A DNA stretch of 56,591 nt, filler included, from Sphacelaria rigidula (GCA_964200075.2; 5 parts of 5 records of this genome joined end to end with filler, not necessarily neighbours in it); one strand, 5' to 3'. Positions 25,480 to 37,041 are shown, counted from the first letter of the whole stretch. A program made the numbers and translations. Notes: generated by a model from the letters alone, not told the origin.

Positions 25480-28443
25480 GACCATTCCATTTTTTTCACA
25501 TCAGTTTGCGGTTTGGGGACATTTGACACAGTTTTTGGCCGCCCAACAGGGAATATCGCGATCATATGTACTGGACACTTTGCATCATCCCCATGCAGAG
25601 GAGTCTGGTCCACTTCTCTGCTTCGCTTGACTCCGAGGTTTCGAGAATGACCTCTGAACAACATTTCAACTGGACATGAAAAAATGCGAGCACTATGTGG
25701 AGAAATATTGAAAAATCACAGCAGAAACCTGCAGACACCGTATTGTTTCGTGTCCAGTTAAAAGCTTGTTCAGAGGCCACTCTCGAAACCTCGGAGCCGA
25801 GCGAATCGGGAAAGTGAGCTAGAGTCCTTTCCGTGGGTCATTGATCAATTGATTATCTCATATTAGCTTATTGCAACAATCCAGCCCGTGGTCAGGAGCA
25901 GCAAAAAATGAATAGAATAAGAAAGAAAGAAAGGAAGAAACAGAGAAAGACAGAAGCAACAGCCACAGAAAGGAAAGAAGAAAGGAAGCAGCGACGACAA
26001 CAACAATAACGCACACACACAAGCACAAACACGAACACAAACACAAACAACGAGATGATTATCTCGCATTACGTAGCTGATTGCAACACTGCAGCTCGTG
26101 ATCAGAAACAGAAAAAATAATGGAGAAACATGAAGCAAATAGAAAAAATAAAATAATAAAACTTCGAGAAAAGGATACAAGAGACAAAAAAACAGAGCCA
26201 GGCTCGTTTCCGGGGGGGTGGGGGGAGGGGGGGGGCACGGACGAAACAAAAATAGACAAGAAACCACCAAGAACAAGAGATGAACAAATCAGAGATGATA
26301 GCCAAACACAATGCTCTACGTATCTGGCGTAGGCTATGACAAGTTGGTGTTGGTACTGACGGTCCCAGGTGCTGTCGGTGAAACTTGGCCTGCAGCTTTC
26401 GCGTGCCGTATCGCTGCCTCTGCGTCATCCTTTTGGCACCGGTCCGCCAAAAACCTTTCTGCTCCCTGTTCAACACAGCTGTGCCACTTCACTGCATTTA
26501 AGGCTCTGGTAGCCCATCCCTGCCATTCGATACCGAATGCCTTCATGTCTTCCGCTAGGCGGCGGATCCAGTGCCTGCCGTTAAACTCTCCTTGTTGCCC
26601 CTTCATGGCTATAATTTCACCGAACATGACGTGTTCCGGTATCCGTCCGGTTGACATGCGCGTGACGGAACCGGCAAAATGGAGTCTCCTCTTCCTCACC
26701 GTCGTCTCGATGCTTTCACATCCTGTCCTCGCGAGGGTCTCTCGGTTTACATAACGTGGTCTGTGCGATTGCGCTTGTGCCTTACAAGACAGCGCCTGAA
26801 CAACACATGGTGGGCCGTGCGCAGTAGATTGTAGTGGGCGTTGAGAGGGGTCCATGTGACGCACCCGTACAGGAGCGCCTCTACAGCCTCGGTTTTGATC
26901 ATGCAGACCTTGAGGTGGACGGCCGCGCTCGGTCGATGGTAGAGCTGGGCTTTGTACTGATGGTAGTTCGCGCATGCCCGTTGTACGCGCTTTCTGATTT
27001 CCACGGAAAGATCGCCGCTCTCCGTGATTGACCCCCCCAGGTATACAAAGTTGTTTGTTTGTTTATTTGTATACCTGGCCGGCCGCGTTGATGTCGAGGT
27101 GCCCCGCCTGTGAGTGCCGTCGCATGGTCTTCGTCCTTGCTTCCGACACGGTCAACCCGAACTCTTCGCAGATCGTCACGATCACCGTCATCATCTTGTC
27201 GAGGCTCGATGATATCCTCGAGACGATGCAGGCGTCATCGGCGTACAGCATGCTCCATAAGGACCGTACCTCTTCCGCCGCGGTTGCTGTGGCCACGTCT
27301 GGCTCGACCCATACTACCGCACATTCCTGTTGGAAATCTCCCTTTTCGCGCTTCCAGACTCGCACCAGGTCCCCCGAGATGTCAGGGTCGTCGCGGCAGG
27401 TTACCAGAGTCACCGTGAGTACTGCCGTGAAGAAAATGTTGAACAGTAATGCTGCTGCGACGCATCCCTGTCGGAGGCGCTGTCCGATGTCGAACCATTC
27501 CGAGTATTCCCCGTCGTTCGTGCGCACCCGAGCTTGCATACTTTCGTGGAATTGGCGGATGATTGAGAGCATGGTGGGTGGGACGCCATAGCGTTCCAGA
27601 ACTTTACACAGCAATGGGCGGTCGACAGAATCGTATGCTTTCGTGACGTCGACGAATCATATGTAGAGCGGAATATGTCGTCTCCGGCCAAGTTCCTCGA
27701 GTCGTCGGAGGGTGAACATCATGTCGACGGTTGAGCCTCCGGGACGGAAGCCGCACTGTTCTTCAGGCAATATTCCATTGTCCTCGCAGTAGGTGCTCAG
27801 GTGGCGGGCGATTATCTTGGAGGAGTACTTTGCCAGCGTATGACACTAGTGAAATTTCTCTATAGTTTCCGCATTCCCTCCGATCGTTCTTTTTGTGTAA
27901 AACTATGGTTGTGGCATCCCCCCAATCTTGTGGTACGGCTGCTCCGCCCCAGATGTCAACGATGATAGCGTGGGATATCTGTCGTCGGCTAGTGTCGTCG
28001 CCGTCGAGGAGTATCTTCAGCTGTCCAGCCGGCAGTTCATCTGGGCCAACGGCTTTTCCGTTGGACATAGATCGTATGGCATCCACCGTCTCGTCTATCG
28101 TAGGCACCACGTCTAGCGACGTGCTCGGAAGTCGCGCCTAGAGTCGGTCGATGATTGCTGGGTTGAGGTGGGGCGGCTTGGTGTTGAGGATGGTGTGAAA
28201 CCATTGTACCCACCGCGCGCGGATGAGCTTCACGTCTCTGAGCAGTTGACCCTTGTTATCGCGGATACATTGCTGCTGTGAGCTACATGGTTTCCTCCCT
28301 TCGAGATCGATTCCCTTCAGGTGATGCAACGTGTCCAATGCATATGATGGTGATATTCCCTGTTGGGCGGGCAAAAACTGGGTCAAACGTCTCAAAACTG
28401 AAAAATCCAACCAAAAAAGTAAGAAAAAATGTATGAAACGGTC
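25480..28443. mobile_element. Harbinger/Tourist-like hairpin MITE (family C) split by a LINE; MITE parts are 25480-25837 and 28321-28443
   Basis: Left arm acatttgacacagtttttgg...gaatatcgcgatca matches the intact copy at 31818-32259. The right arm stops at ccgtggg (25837) and resumes at gtgatgcaacgtgtcc (28321). Confidence 0.8.
25838..28320 (-). mobile_element. 5'-truncated, frameshifted RTE-clade LINE (RT domain, C-terminus and 3' UTR)
   Basis: Motifs [53 protein letters not shown]...LLFN, MLYADD, LLYGCVTW and RRLHFAG. Stop at 26334. 3' UTR with terminal motif runs to ~25840. No endonuclease domain. Confidence 0.95.
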
Positions 28444-28446
28444 TCG

Positions 28447-28623
28447 GGCCGGGTCTTATCGAGACGAAGATAAGAAAATAAGCGGGAAACGAAATAAACG
28501 TCAAAACGCAACATATTGATTGATCGTCGGGCGGGTCTACGGTTGCGGCGAACAATCAAAATGCTGTTTATGGACGCTTATTTTGTTTCTCGCTTATTTT
28601 TTTCGTCTCAATGAGACAGGGCC
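28447..28623. mobile_element. Small Harbinger-like hairpin MITE (family D)
   Basis: TIRs ggccgggtcttatcgagacgaa / ttcgtctcaatgagacagggcc, with internal inverted arms. Confidence 0.8.
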
Positions 28624-29577
28624 TAGGCCTACGAAATTGGTAGGCTTAAACAACAAAACGTCAGTAAACTCCCCGCGCACATTGTCAGCGTAGCTTGGCA
28701 TGACGTCATGACGTGGCCTTTCCCTCTGTGCTGATAGGCTTGAACCAACCGCATTTTTTCACTCCTTTCCTGTTCTCAGGCGGTCGTGCATATGCCATCC
28801 GAGCAAGCCTCTGTAGACACGGTACTGTCTGTACTGTCTGGACAAATTCCACCTCACAATGTGCAGGACATGGTCACTGCGTGCGCAGTTCTGTACTGCA
28901 GAAGCTCCCAACAAGTACAGGGAGCTCGGTGGCCTGACTGACACCTTGTCGTAGCCCAAGCCGATGTTTCATTGCTTATTAGTTGACGGTGTTGTGGGAC
29001 TCTTTGGGCCTATAGGTCTCCTCTGGCTATAGATCGCACACAGCTGGTACAGTTTGCCTTCCCTGGTTATGTGTTTCTCTCCGCTGCTTCTCTAGAAACA
29101 AAGCACATCTCAGCCAAGACTAAATATGCCAGCCCTCGACGTCATGAGCAACAAATGAAACGACAAGTAGTGCATGCATTCGGGAAACGCCTTGCTCGTG
29201 GTAAGACTACGCCTCGCGTGTGCGCAAGCTTGGGATGGCCTCGTCAGAATAAACTGAACGAGGATGAATAGTTTCCAGACACCATCCCTCCACAGTGCGT
29301 AATGGTTGCATATCAAAAGCACCCCCCCCGGCTCGCAGCTTCCAGCACGCGAACTCCGAAACGTGCGGGTCACGCTAGCAGCAGCAAAGCCAACGCTAGC
29401 GGTATTTTGTTTCGCTAGGCATGCAAAAAAAGTCTTCATTGTCGTGGGTTTCTATGTCGCACAAGTTTTGCTGCCTCTACTCGCGTTGTAACAGGCCACA
29501 AGCTGTCGAATAAACTCCTCCCATCCAACGCTGACAAAAAAAAAGAAGCTTGATTTTACTTTATTTTGTGAGCGTAA

Positions 29578-30028
29578 GGCCACTTCTCATGTGTCGAAAA
29601 CAAAATATTTTTGAAAACTGCCTCTTTGTCTCTTCTCCGTCGTTATATGCCCGCATAGAGGGCTAGGTGGATGTTGAAGCCTCGAAGTGACATGCTCCAC
29701 TCGTGGAGACCGTTCCGGGGCATATTTGCGTTCTCCGGTGACCGCAGTTTTTTTCTTGACCAAACGTGCATTTTCAATAACAAACCGTCAAGCTATCAAA
29801 CAACAGGGAAACAACCGCCATTTTTGTTATTGAAAATGCATGTTTGGCCAAAAACAAAACTGCGTCCACCGCAGAACGCAATGGTGCCCTGGAACGGCCT
29901 CAACGAATAGAGCAGTCATCCCAAGTTGTCAACATCCGCCTAGCCCCCTTCTCGGGCGTAAAACGACGGGGGGAAACCAAGGATCTAGTCTTGAGCAAGA
30001 TGTTTTCTTCGACACATGAGAAGTAGCC
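29578..30028. mobile_element. Harbinger/Tourist-like hairpin MITE (family F), TAA TSD
   Basis: TIRs ggccacttctcatgtgtcgaa / ttcgacacatgagaagtagcc. TAA at 29575-29577 and 30029-30031. Inverted arms of ~200 bp. Confidence 0.9.
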
Positions 30029-30450
30029 TAAGACAACTTCTTGTGGGGCCCAAAAATACACCCAGAAGTTTGTTGTGGTCACTTTCGTGCATGTTTTTTC
30101 GAAAACGCTACGTTAAAGGAATATTTTTTGCAACCGAAGGTTCAAAGTTCATGCATTTGCAGGCCGTGGTGAAACAAAAGTCATCCCAGATTTCCGAAAG
30201 TGCGGTGAAAAGGTGCATCCCCCATCTACTTCGGTCGCGCCGCTCTTTCATCATAGCCCAGTCAGTCATGCTGGCTCTGTCATGAAAACATCCTGTTACT
30301 GAAGACACCACCCCGCCTGCACCGCAAGTGAAGATGGCAAAGTGGGTGTCGTGGGTGTCGTGGGTGTCGTGGGCTCATCACCACTCTCCTTGTTTTCAGC
30401 TCTCGAAGAAGGCGTGAGGCGTCGCCTGGTGCTTTTTTTTGTGTTCTTAT

Positions 30451-30663
30451 TAGAGGTATCTCAAACTCGGCTCCCGATATCCTGGTTTATTCGCTGGCTC
30501 TGAGCGGTGTCCTATTTTTTCAAGTGAAGGTGATCGCGATTCATGAGAGGACCTGACCTGGCGGTCGAATGGTCTCATTATCTGATGAATCGGCATCACT
30601 TTCACTTGAAAAAATACAACAAGACAAACCAGGATACCGGGAGCCGAGTTTGAGATACCTCTA
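30451..30663. mobile_element. Hairpin MITE (family K) with 38-bp TIRs
   Basis: tagaggtatctcaaactcggctcccgatatcctggttt / aaaccaggataccgggagccgagtttgagatacctcta. The TSD reads either as TTAT (TAG..CTA ends) or as TATTA (GAG..CTC ends). Confidence 0.85.
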
Positions 30664-31817
30664 TTATGTGCATCAAGAATTCAAAGGGCAGCGCCGTAAT
30701 GGACAGCAGGGTACAGTGCTGAGTAAATTCCGGCCAAAACAGGCGTTGTGTGCATTTAGCTGTACAGGGGCTAGGCTGATGGGGACTTTTGTACTCCTCT
30801 CCGACTCTTGGGTGTCGTGAGGCTGACCGGGTACAAGGCGGGGAGTCACACTGCGTCAATTTTTGTTTTATTTTCCAAACGCAGAGCCAACACCCATGTT
30901 TTGGACGTGCCAACGATCCCCGAGATATTTGACAGGACGTCCTTGGGACGCCTGTCGTTGCTCCGACCCAGCATGACCCGCAGCCCAAAAGAGTCATAGC
31001 TCTCGCGGAATTCAAAGGCTACTACTGTAGACAGCAAGCAGTACACCTCTCCAGCAACGCCAATCTTGATCACAAAACGGCGGTACCGCACAGTCAATAC
31101 AGCAAATACCTCTTGTCTTCATTTTCTCGACAAAATAATGCGGCCTTCCATCCACCCCAACGTGCGCGCTTTGAAAACGAGTTCGTGTGTCAACACGCTG
31201 AATAAACATCAGAAAATACTGCGAGTTTTTCCCTCAGGTCTTTTCTGTCGTACAAGAAGTGGTCGACGCAGTAAAAAATCGTTACTGGAGGTTCTCAGAA
31301 GTGAGAGTGATGAACATGAAGTAAAAAGTAACCGCCCGTCATTGTTTGTTTTTTTCGGTCTTCCGCTGACAAGAGTTACGCTGACGAAAACAAGAAAAAA
31401 GCACCTCCGAAAGACATTGCAATCTACAGGCAATTCGATCAAGGACACGGACCGAAAACTTTATACGACCAATGTGAAGCTGGTCAGGGTTCAATTTTAT
31501 GATACTGTCGGGCTATGAACCGGCGTGAGAACCCGATATTGCTGACCAGAGCACTGTTTCGGTCGTGGATTGGGGATGAAGTGCGGGGGGCCCATGTGGA
31601 GCACTGCATAAGGTCGAGATAACAGGCGAATGAGGAAAAAAAAGGAATTGCGAGAAATGGTACCCCTCAACGTCGTCTTCGAAGGCACCTTGTGAGGAAG
31701 TGGAGATTGAGCCCATTGGTGGCGTCCACCTTGAGAATTCTAGAAGGGAGTACATGAAATTGTTCCGAGAGTTACCTGGTACATCAGTCTGACAGACCCC
31801 GGCATCTACCGGTATTA

Positions 31818-32259
31818 GGCCGTTTCTTACGGTCCGTATTTTTTTGGGCACGCATTTTCCGCTTCTGAGACATTTGACACAGTTTTTGGTCGCAAAACAG
31901 AGAATATCGCGATCACATGTCTTGGACAATTTGCATTGCCCCACCGGGAGGGGTCTAGCCCACTTTTCCGATTCGCACGGCTCCGACGTTTCGACAACGG
32001 CCTCTGGACAAAATATATAGCTGGAGATTAAAAATGCGATGTGTCATACTTTTCCAGCTATATATTTTGTCCAGAGGCCGTTGTCGAAACGTCGGAGCCG
32101 TGCGAATCGGAAAAGTGGGCTAGACCCCTCCCGGTGGGGCACTGCAAATTGTCCAAGACGTGTGATGGCGATATTCTCTGTTTTGCGGCCAGAAACTGTG
32201 TCAAATGTCCCAGAAGTGGAAAATACGCGCCGGAAAAGTACGAACCGTAAGACATGGCC
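31818..32259. mobile_element. Intact Harbinger/Tourist-like hairpin MITE (family C)
   Basis: Near-perfect inverted arms of ~205 bp; ends ggccgtttcttacgg / ccgtaagacatggcc; flanked by tta and tca. Confidence 0.92.
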
Positions 32260-32262
32260 TCA

Positions 32263-32540
32263 GCCTCATCATTATCGACACCATTTTTTCCGAGATCTCC
32301 GAAGTTTTCGGGACTGGGAAGGTATCTTGTTACTCTCGAATGCTTGCGAGCGCCATGTCGTACACATAGGGCAGCTCTCCGAAATGCTGCGTAGCAGTCC
32401 AAAGTTTTCAGACTTCTCCAAAAATGAAGCTTCGGAGAAAAAAATCAAGCCGCTTCGTTTTCGGAGAATTCTGAACCCAGAGCCCGAAAAGTCCGAAATT
32501 GTTTTAGATCTCCGAAAAAATGGTGTCGATAATAATGGGC
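32263..32540. mobile_element. Harbinger-like MITE (family E)
   Basis: TIRs gcctcatcattatcgacaccattttttccgagatct / agatctccgaaaaaatggtgtcgataataatgggc; flanked by tca and tta. Confidence 0.85.
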
Positions 32541-32694
32541 TTATTTGCTCCTGTATGGTGGCAGTAGTATACATGTTACGAAAGTTCACGTTTGCGCTCC
32601 CTTGAAGTTCCCCTCGAAGGTATTCCCCTCGAAGGTACCTTCGAGGGGTAAAATTTTCACACCCTGTACAACTACAATAGTTGGCAGTTGTTTT

Positions 32695-33625
32695 TTAAAC
32701 AACTAACTGTTCAGAATCGTGTGCAACTAGTTGTTTCCAAACAACTAAAATCAGAATCGTATGCAACCGGTTGTTTCCCAACAACTAGTATCAGAATCGT
32801 GCGCAACTCATTGTTTCCAAACAACTAACTGTTCAGAATCGTGTGCAACTAGTTGTTTCCAAACAACTACCAGGTGGTTCGTCGACAAACAACTAGCTTT
32901 AGTTGGCCGTAGTTGGAAAAAATGGAAATGCTGTTAAGTAGTGGTGTGAATTCGTATCTGTGCAAGACAGGGAGTAGGCCAGAAAGATCAGGCCGACCTA
33001 TCCCTGGACAAAAGAGAATACAGAAGTATGCGGTGTGGTGCAAAGTAAAGGCATACGTCATTCTGGGCGCGAGCATGACACGCTCAAGGTTTAGGCTCTA
33101 CTGCTGTTCCATATATGCATCACGTCCAACTGGCTTGATCAACCACGGTTCCCTCCAACATAGAAACATGAGCACGTTTGCTGGCCACCATCTGGTGCTG
33201 GTGCTGGTGCAGGGGCGGCTGGTGGCACAGCTGCCATTTGGTGCGCTTGGTCTCTCGTGTGTGTTTTTGTGTGAGTGCGTGGGGTGCTCACATCTTCATG
33301 CGTCAGCTCGATCTCAGCCAACGGTCTAGTTGTAGTTGTTCCACGATGTTGACAACAACCCGGGCCACCAAACAACTACTGTTCCAGAATCGTGTACAGC
33401 TACCCGAGCAACCAAACAATTACTTGTTCAGAATCGCGTGCTTTGTTTCAAGCGACTGACTGGTCAGAATGGTGCGCAACTAGTTGTTTCCAAACAACTA
33501 CTGTTCCAAAATCGTGCGCAACTAGTTATTTCCAGACAACTACTCTTTCAGAATCGTGTGCAACTAGTTTTTTTTCCAAACAACTAATATCAGAATTGTG
33601 CGCAACTTGTTGCTTGGAAACAACT
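32695..33625 (+). repeat. ~40-42-bp tandem repeat (aaacaacta..ttcagaatcgtgtgcaactagttgtttcc) in two blocks
   Basis: About 4 units at 32695-32870 and about 6 diverged units at 33365-33625, separated by unique sequence. Confidence 0.9.
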
Positions 33626-33628
33626 AGC

Positions 33629-33765
33629 CACACCCTGCACAATAGATTCTATTGTAAAAAATGTACTGCGTACAGTATGGAATCTATTGTCTCCTGCAAT
33701 AGGCGCAATTGTCGATACTGTACGCAGTACACTTTTTGACTGTTTATTCTATTGTCCAGGGTGTG
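33629..33765. mobile_element. Nested 137-bp hairpin element with CACACCCTG ends and a perfect 8-bp TSD CAACTAGC
   Basis: TIRs cacaccctgcacaataga / tctattgtccagggtgtg. caactagc at 33621-33628 and 33766-33773. Confidence 0.92.
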
Positions 33766-33853
33766 CAACTAGCCGGTAGTTGGTCGCACGACTAACTTAG
33801 AAGTTAGTTGGTCATAGTTGTACAGGGTGTGAACATTTTCAAGGGCAGGTCGA

Positions 33854-33916
33854 GAGTGATGCTACGGTAGGGGTACAGAAATAATTTCTGAGGTTAGAAT
33901 TCTTAGGAGCCCCTTA
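33854..33916 (+). mobile_element. Left end of a GAGTGATGCTACGGTAG-type TIR element, cut by the linker
   Basis: The terminus resembles both family A end types. Confidence 0.5.
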
Positions 33917-34016
33917 NNNNNNNNNNNNNNNNNNNNNNNNNNNNNNNNNNNNNNNNNNNNTTAATTAATTAANNNNNNNNNNNNNNNNNNNNNNNNNNNN
34001 NNNNNNNNNNNNNNNN
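33917..34016. other. Artificial linker
   Basis: N44-TTAATTAATTAA-N44. Confidence 0.99.
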
Positions 34017-34402
34017 GACAGATATGCCACTTCAGCCCCATATTTTGTATGAACCCCAAAATATAAAATCGGCTGTTATCTGTTTCTCACCCTAGCTTGC
34101 TAGATTAGAACGGCACGTGATTTCTCGTGATAATGAAGTTGTGAACCGTCACTTCACTATAATTATCACGAAATAATTATCGTTTTCCTTATTTCGGTAA
34201 AACACCGCCTGACCCGAGCTCGTGTGATGCATAAATATTGTACGTTATTCACGCGTGCGAGACGCGAGAGCTTGAGTGGATTTATACTTGATGAATATTG
34301 AGTGTTTCTTTCCGTGCTTCTGCTTGTATGCCGATTATTCTCCTTCTCCATTATAACAAAGGAAAATAAAACTGGAGGCGCGATGCAAAGCAGAGCAATC
34401 TA

Positions 34403-34839
34403 TTACAAACTAGGGATGGAATTTTTTATTGAGGATGAGAAACCCGGAGAATTAAAATCTTCCTATCCACACCAAATGTTCGAAATATGGTTCCATTTCT
34501 CCACTTGCTGGTAGCTATTGATAACTACTGTACTACACGCCGTACAAATTTGGATTTCGATAACCGAAATGTTGGAGTCCTAGGTGCAAAAATATTTCAG
34601 GCGAATTTCGGCGATCAGATCGGACGATCTAAACCCCCCCAAAATGTTTCTTCACCTAGGACCCCAACACGTCGGTTATGAGGACCCAAATTTGTATTGT
34701 GTGTAGTAGTTGTCAATAGCTACCAGAAGGGGGAAGAGTCAAACTTTACTTCCAAGATTTGGTGTGGATACGAATATTTCAATTCTTTGGTTCTCATCCT
34801 GAGTAAAAAATCCATCCCCAATTTGAAAAATCCCGTGTC
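34403..34839. mobile_element. Hairpin MITE family B, older copy with eroded left tip
   Basis: Collinear homolog of 44484-44928; right end atcccgtgtc. Confidence 0.88.
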
Positions 34840-36320
34840 AATACCTCATATGCTCAACGGACAGGTACCGGCGCAAAGCCTCGTTCCGATAGCACATTCA
34901 ACCATCCAAGTGCATACTATACAAAATACCACCAATGTATGTACGCACGCTGAGAAAGGCCGCGGCGGCGCTCAATCGAGATGGCGTGATGCGAACAGGA
35001 CACGGGGGCCGGGCTTACACTTGAAGGTTTCAGGCCTTTTGCATGTCTTCTCAGTTTAATCGGAGAGCAGAGAGGATATAACAATGTTTGAGTGTGAAAT
35101 TGAGAATAACATATCGGATTGAGAGTCAGCAATTTATTCGATAGACGGTCACATGCACCTTTCAAATTGTTGCACGACACCTTCAGGTGTAGCATAATAA
35201 TGTCATGAGGAGCATATTGGCCTGTCGCCATGCCGCCTCAGACCCGTTGACGAGTTTAGCTAGATTGCGTGGCATTTCAGGTTATCCTCAGACTACAGGT
35301 CTGTTCAGAGTTGGTCAGATACGAGTATGAAATCGTATAAAGCGAGGGATGATAGTCGATGGGACCTCCTTTGGTGACCATAACGCTTCATCACGACAAG
35401 GAGACGCTCACATCTTCGGTGAGACTGATTGATTGCGCGAGAGAGGTTGAGCACTGAGAGTACTTGGGAGATTAAGGAATTAAGCAATCAAGAAGAGATA
35501 CTTTCATACCTACGCGTGAAACTGACTTCGATACCTCGGATACAGAACACTGTCAGCGTCGTCTGGTACGCTACAAAATTGTTCTTTGCTTCTCAGCTGG
35601 TGTGTCAGGCCTCTTATTTGGTCCTCCTGCCTTGCCATTAGGCGTGTGTACCATACACCCGGGCTAACCCCATTACACTGGCTAACCCCATTACACTGGC
35701 GTTTGACTAAGGAGTCTCTTCTTTTGACATTGTGCTTACCCTTTGGAATAGGTTGTTCTCTCTGGCGCATTTAGTGCGCGAGGTCCCACTCGACACGTAT
35801 TCAATTTCCGGACTTCGTTTTGTTGCGTAGCCAATTTTACCCAGCTCGGTAGTCAGCTGGTAGCTACTGTTCGAAGCTTCCCCCCCGTGTGTTACTCTGT
35901 GTATTCTGCTTGCGACTTGCGACTCTTGCTGTTTGCTACAGCGTTTGTTTGCACGCCTCGTTTCACGCTGTGTCACATGCGACGCGAAACGCGTCTACCA
36001 ACCCATCTTGCTGTACATTCTACGCAAATTCGTACTTGCTCAAATGATCTACGGTCGCCCGTACAGACAGAGCCGTCGCACCTCGGTATTGCCTGTTCAC
36101 GATATTTTGCATTTTTTCACGGCCCCGTTTGTGACACACCCCTTTTCTCCCCGGGTGACCGCAAGAACTGTACACGGGACTTGTACCCGTTCTGGCATCC
36201 TTGCTGTGTCCCAGACGGCGTCAACGTTTGACTTATTTTCTTGTCCTTCCAGTGTGCTTCGCACATCTTTTGAGCAGCGACGTACAACCACAAACGCGAT
36301 TACACTTCGCGCCGTGGAAC

Positions 36321-36515
36321 AGTATTTGACTGAGTGCAGAGTTTTCTCTGCTTTCACAGGCACATCGTTTTCCAGAGTACAGACAGCAGGCTGTCCTCGT
36401 TTCTACCTGTGTGACTTTGCGCCGCGGCACAGCATTTGACTGAGTGCAGAGTTTTCTCTGTTTTCACCGGCACATCGTTTTCCAGAGTACATACAGTAGG
36501 CTGCCCCCGCCTCTA
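36321..36515 (+). repeat. Two tandem copies of a ~110-bp unit
   Basis: atttgactgagtgcagagttttctctg...cacatcgttttccagagtaca at ~36324 and ~36434. Confidence 0.85.
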
Positions 36516-36651
36516 CGATACACTTATTATCGAAAAGTATAGTGTTGCAGCTCGTACTGTGGTATCTTCAATTACTGCATCGCATGATTGTTCCTGAATT
36601 CGAACATCCCTTCGGGCACGAGCGCCCTTTCTTCTCTCCGGTGACACACTA

Positions 36652-36900
36652 GACACTTTCTACGATAGCCCCCCCCCCCAAAACCAGCTAAAAGTGTCAC
36701 GAAAAAATGACCATACAGCGCCTGATGTTCGGGTTCAGGCTGCACGAAACGCCTCATATTGGCAACATTGACTAGAATGAACCCAACCGTGGGATTAACC
36801 AGCTCCTCGTTGTGCTCGGCTTTTCCCATTTCGATTTACGTGAAGATTTTGCCTCCCAAAACCATGCACTTTTTTGGGGAGGGCTATCGTAGAAAGTGTC
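36652..36900 (+). mobile_element. MITE family A with perfect 20-bp TIR and 4-bp TSD ACTA
   Basis: gacactttctacgatagccc / gggctatcgtagaaagtgtc. acta at 36648-36651 and 36901-36904. Confidence 0.93.
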
Positions 36901-37041
36901 ACTACTGCCCTGCACTTTACGTCAGGACACTCGTGGCACCGACCACACCTATATTCCTTCTGTCGTTTAGCTCCTTGCTCTTACACATCGCGCCAAATAG
37001 TCATCATAACTGTTCTGAAATTGTCAGAACCGTAGGTTATT

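Larger units (their letters stand above)
32658..33831. mobile_element. Non-autonomous TIR element with CACACCCTGTACAACTA ends, 8-bp TSD and an internal minisatellite
   Basis: Perfect 17-bp TIR. Flanks aaaatttt (32650-32657) and aacatttt (33832-33839) match at 7 of 8 positions. Confidence 0.85.

Noticed and set aside
30342..30374. (gtgggtgtc)n short tandem repeat
   Set aside because: Only about 3.5 copies, so an ordinary minisatellite and not telomeric.
32695..33625. CRISPR-like appearance of the 41-bp partly palindromic repeats
   Set aside because: The units are directly tandem with no unique spacers, there are no cas genes, and the array lies inside a TIR element.
35300..35790. Possible 5' LTR and PBS of the gypsy element (tggtcctcc at ~35619, tggcgcat at ~35763)
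   Set aside because: There is no second LTR in the segment and no confident tRNA match.
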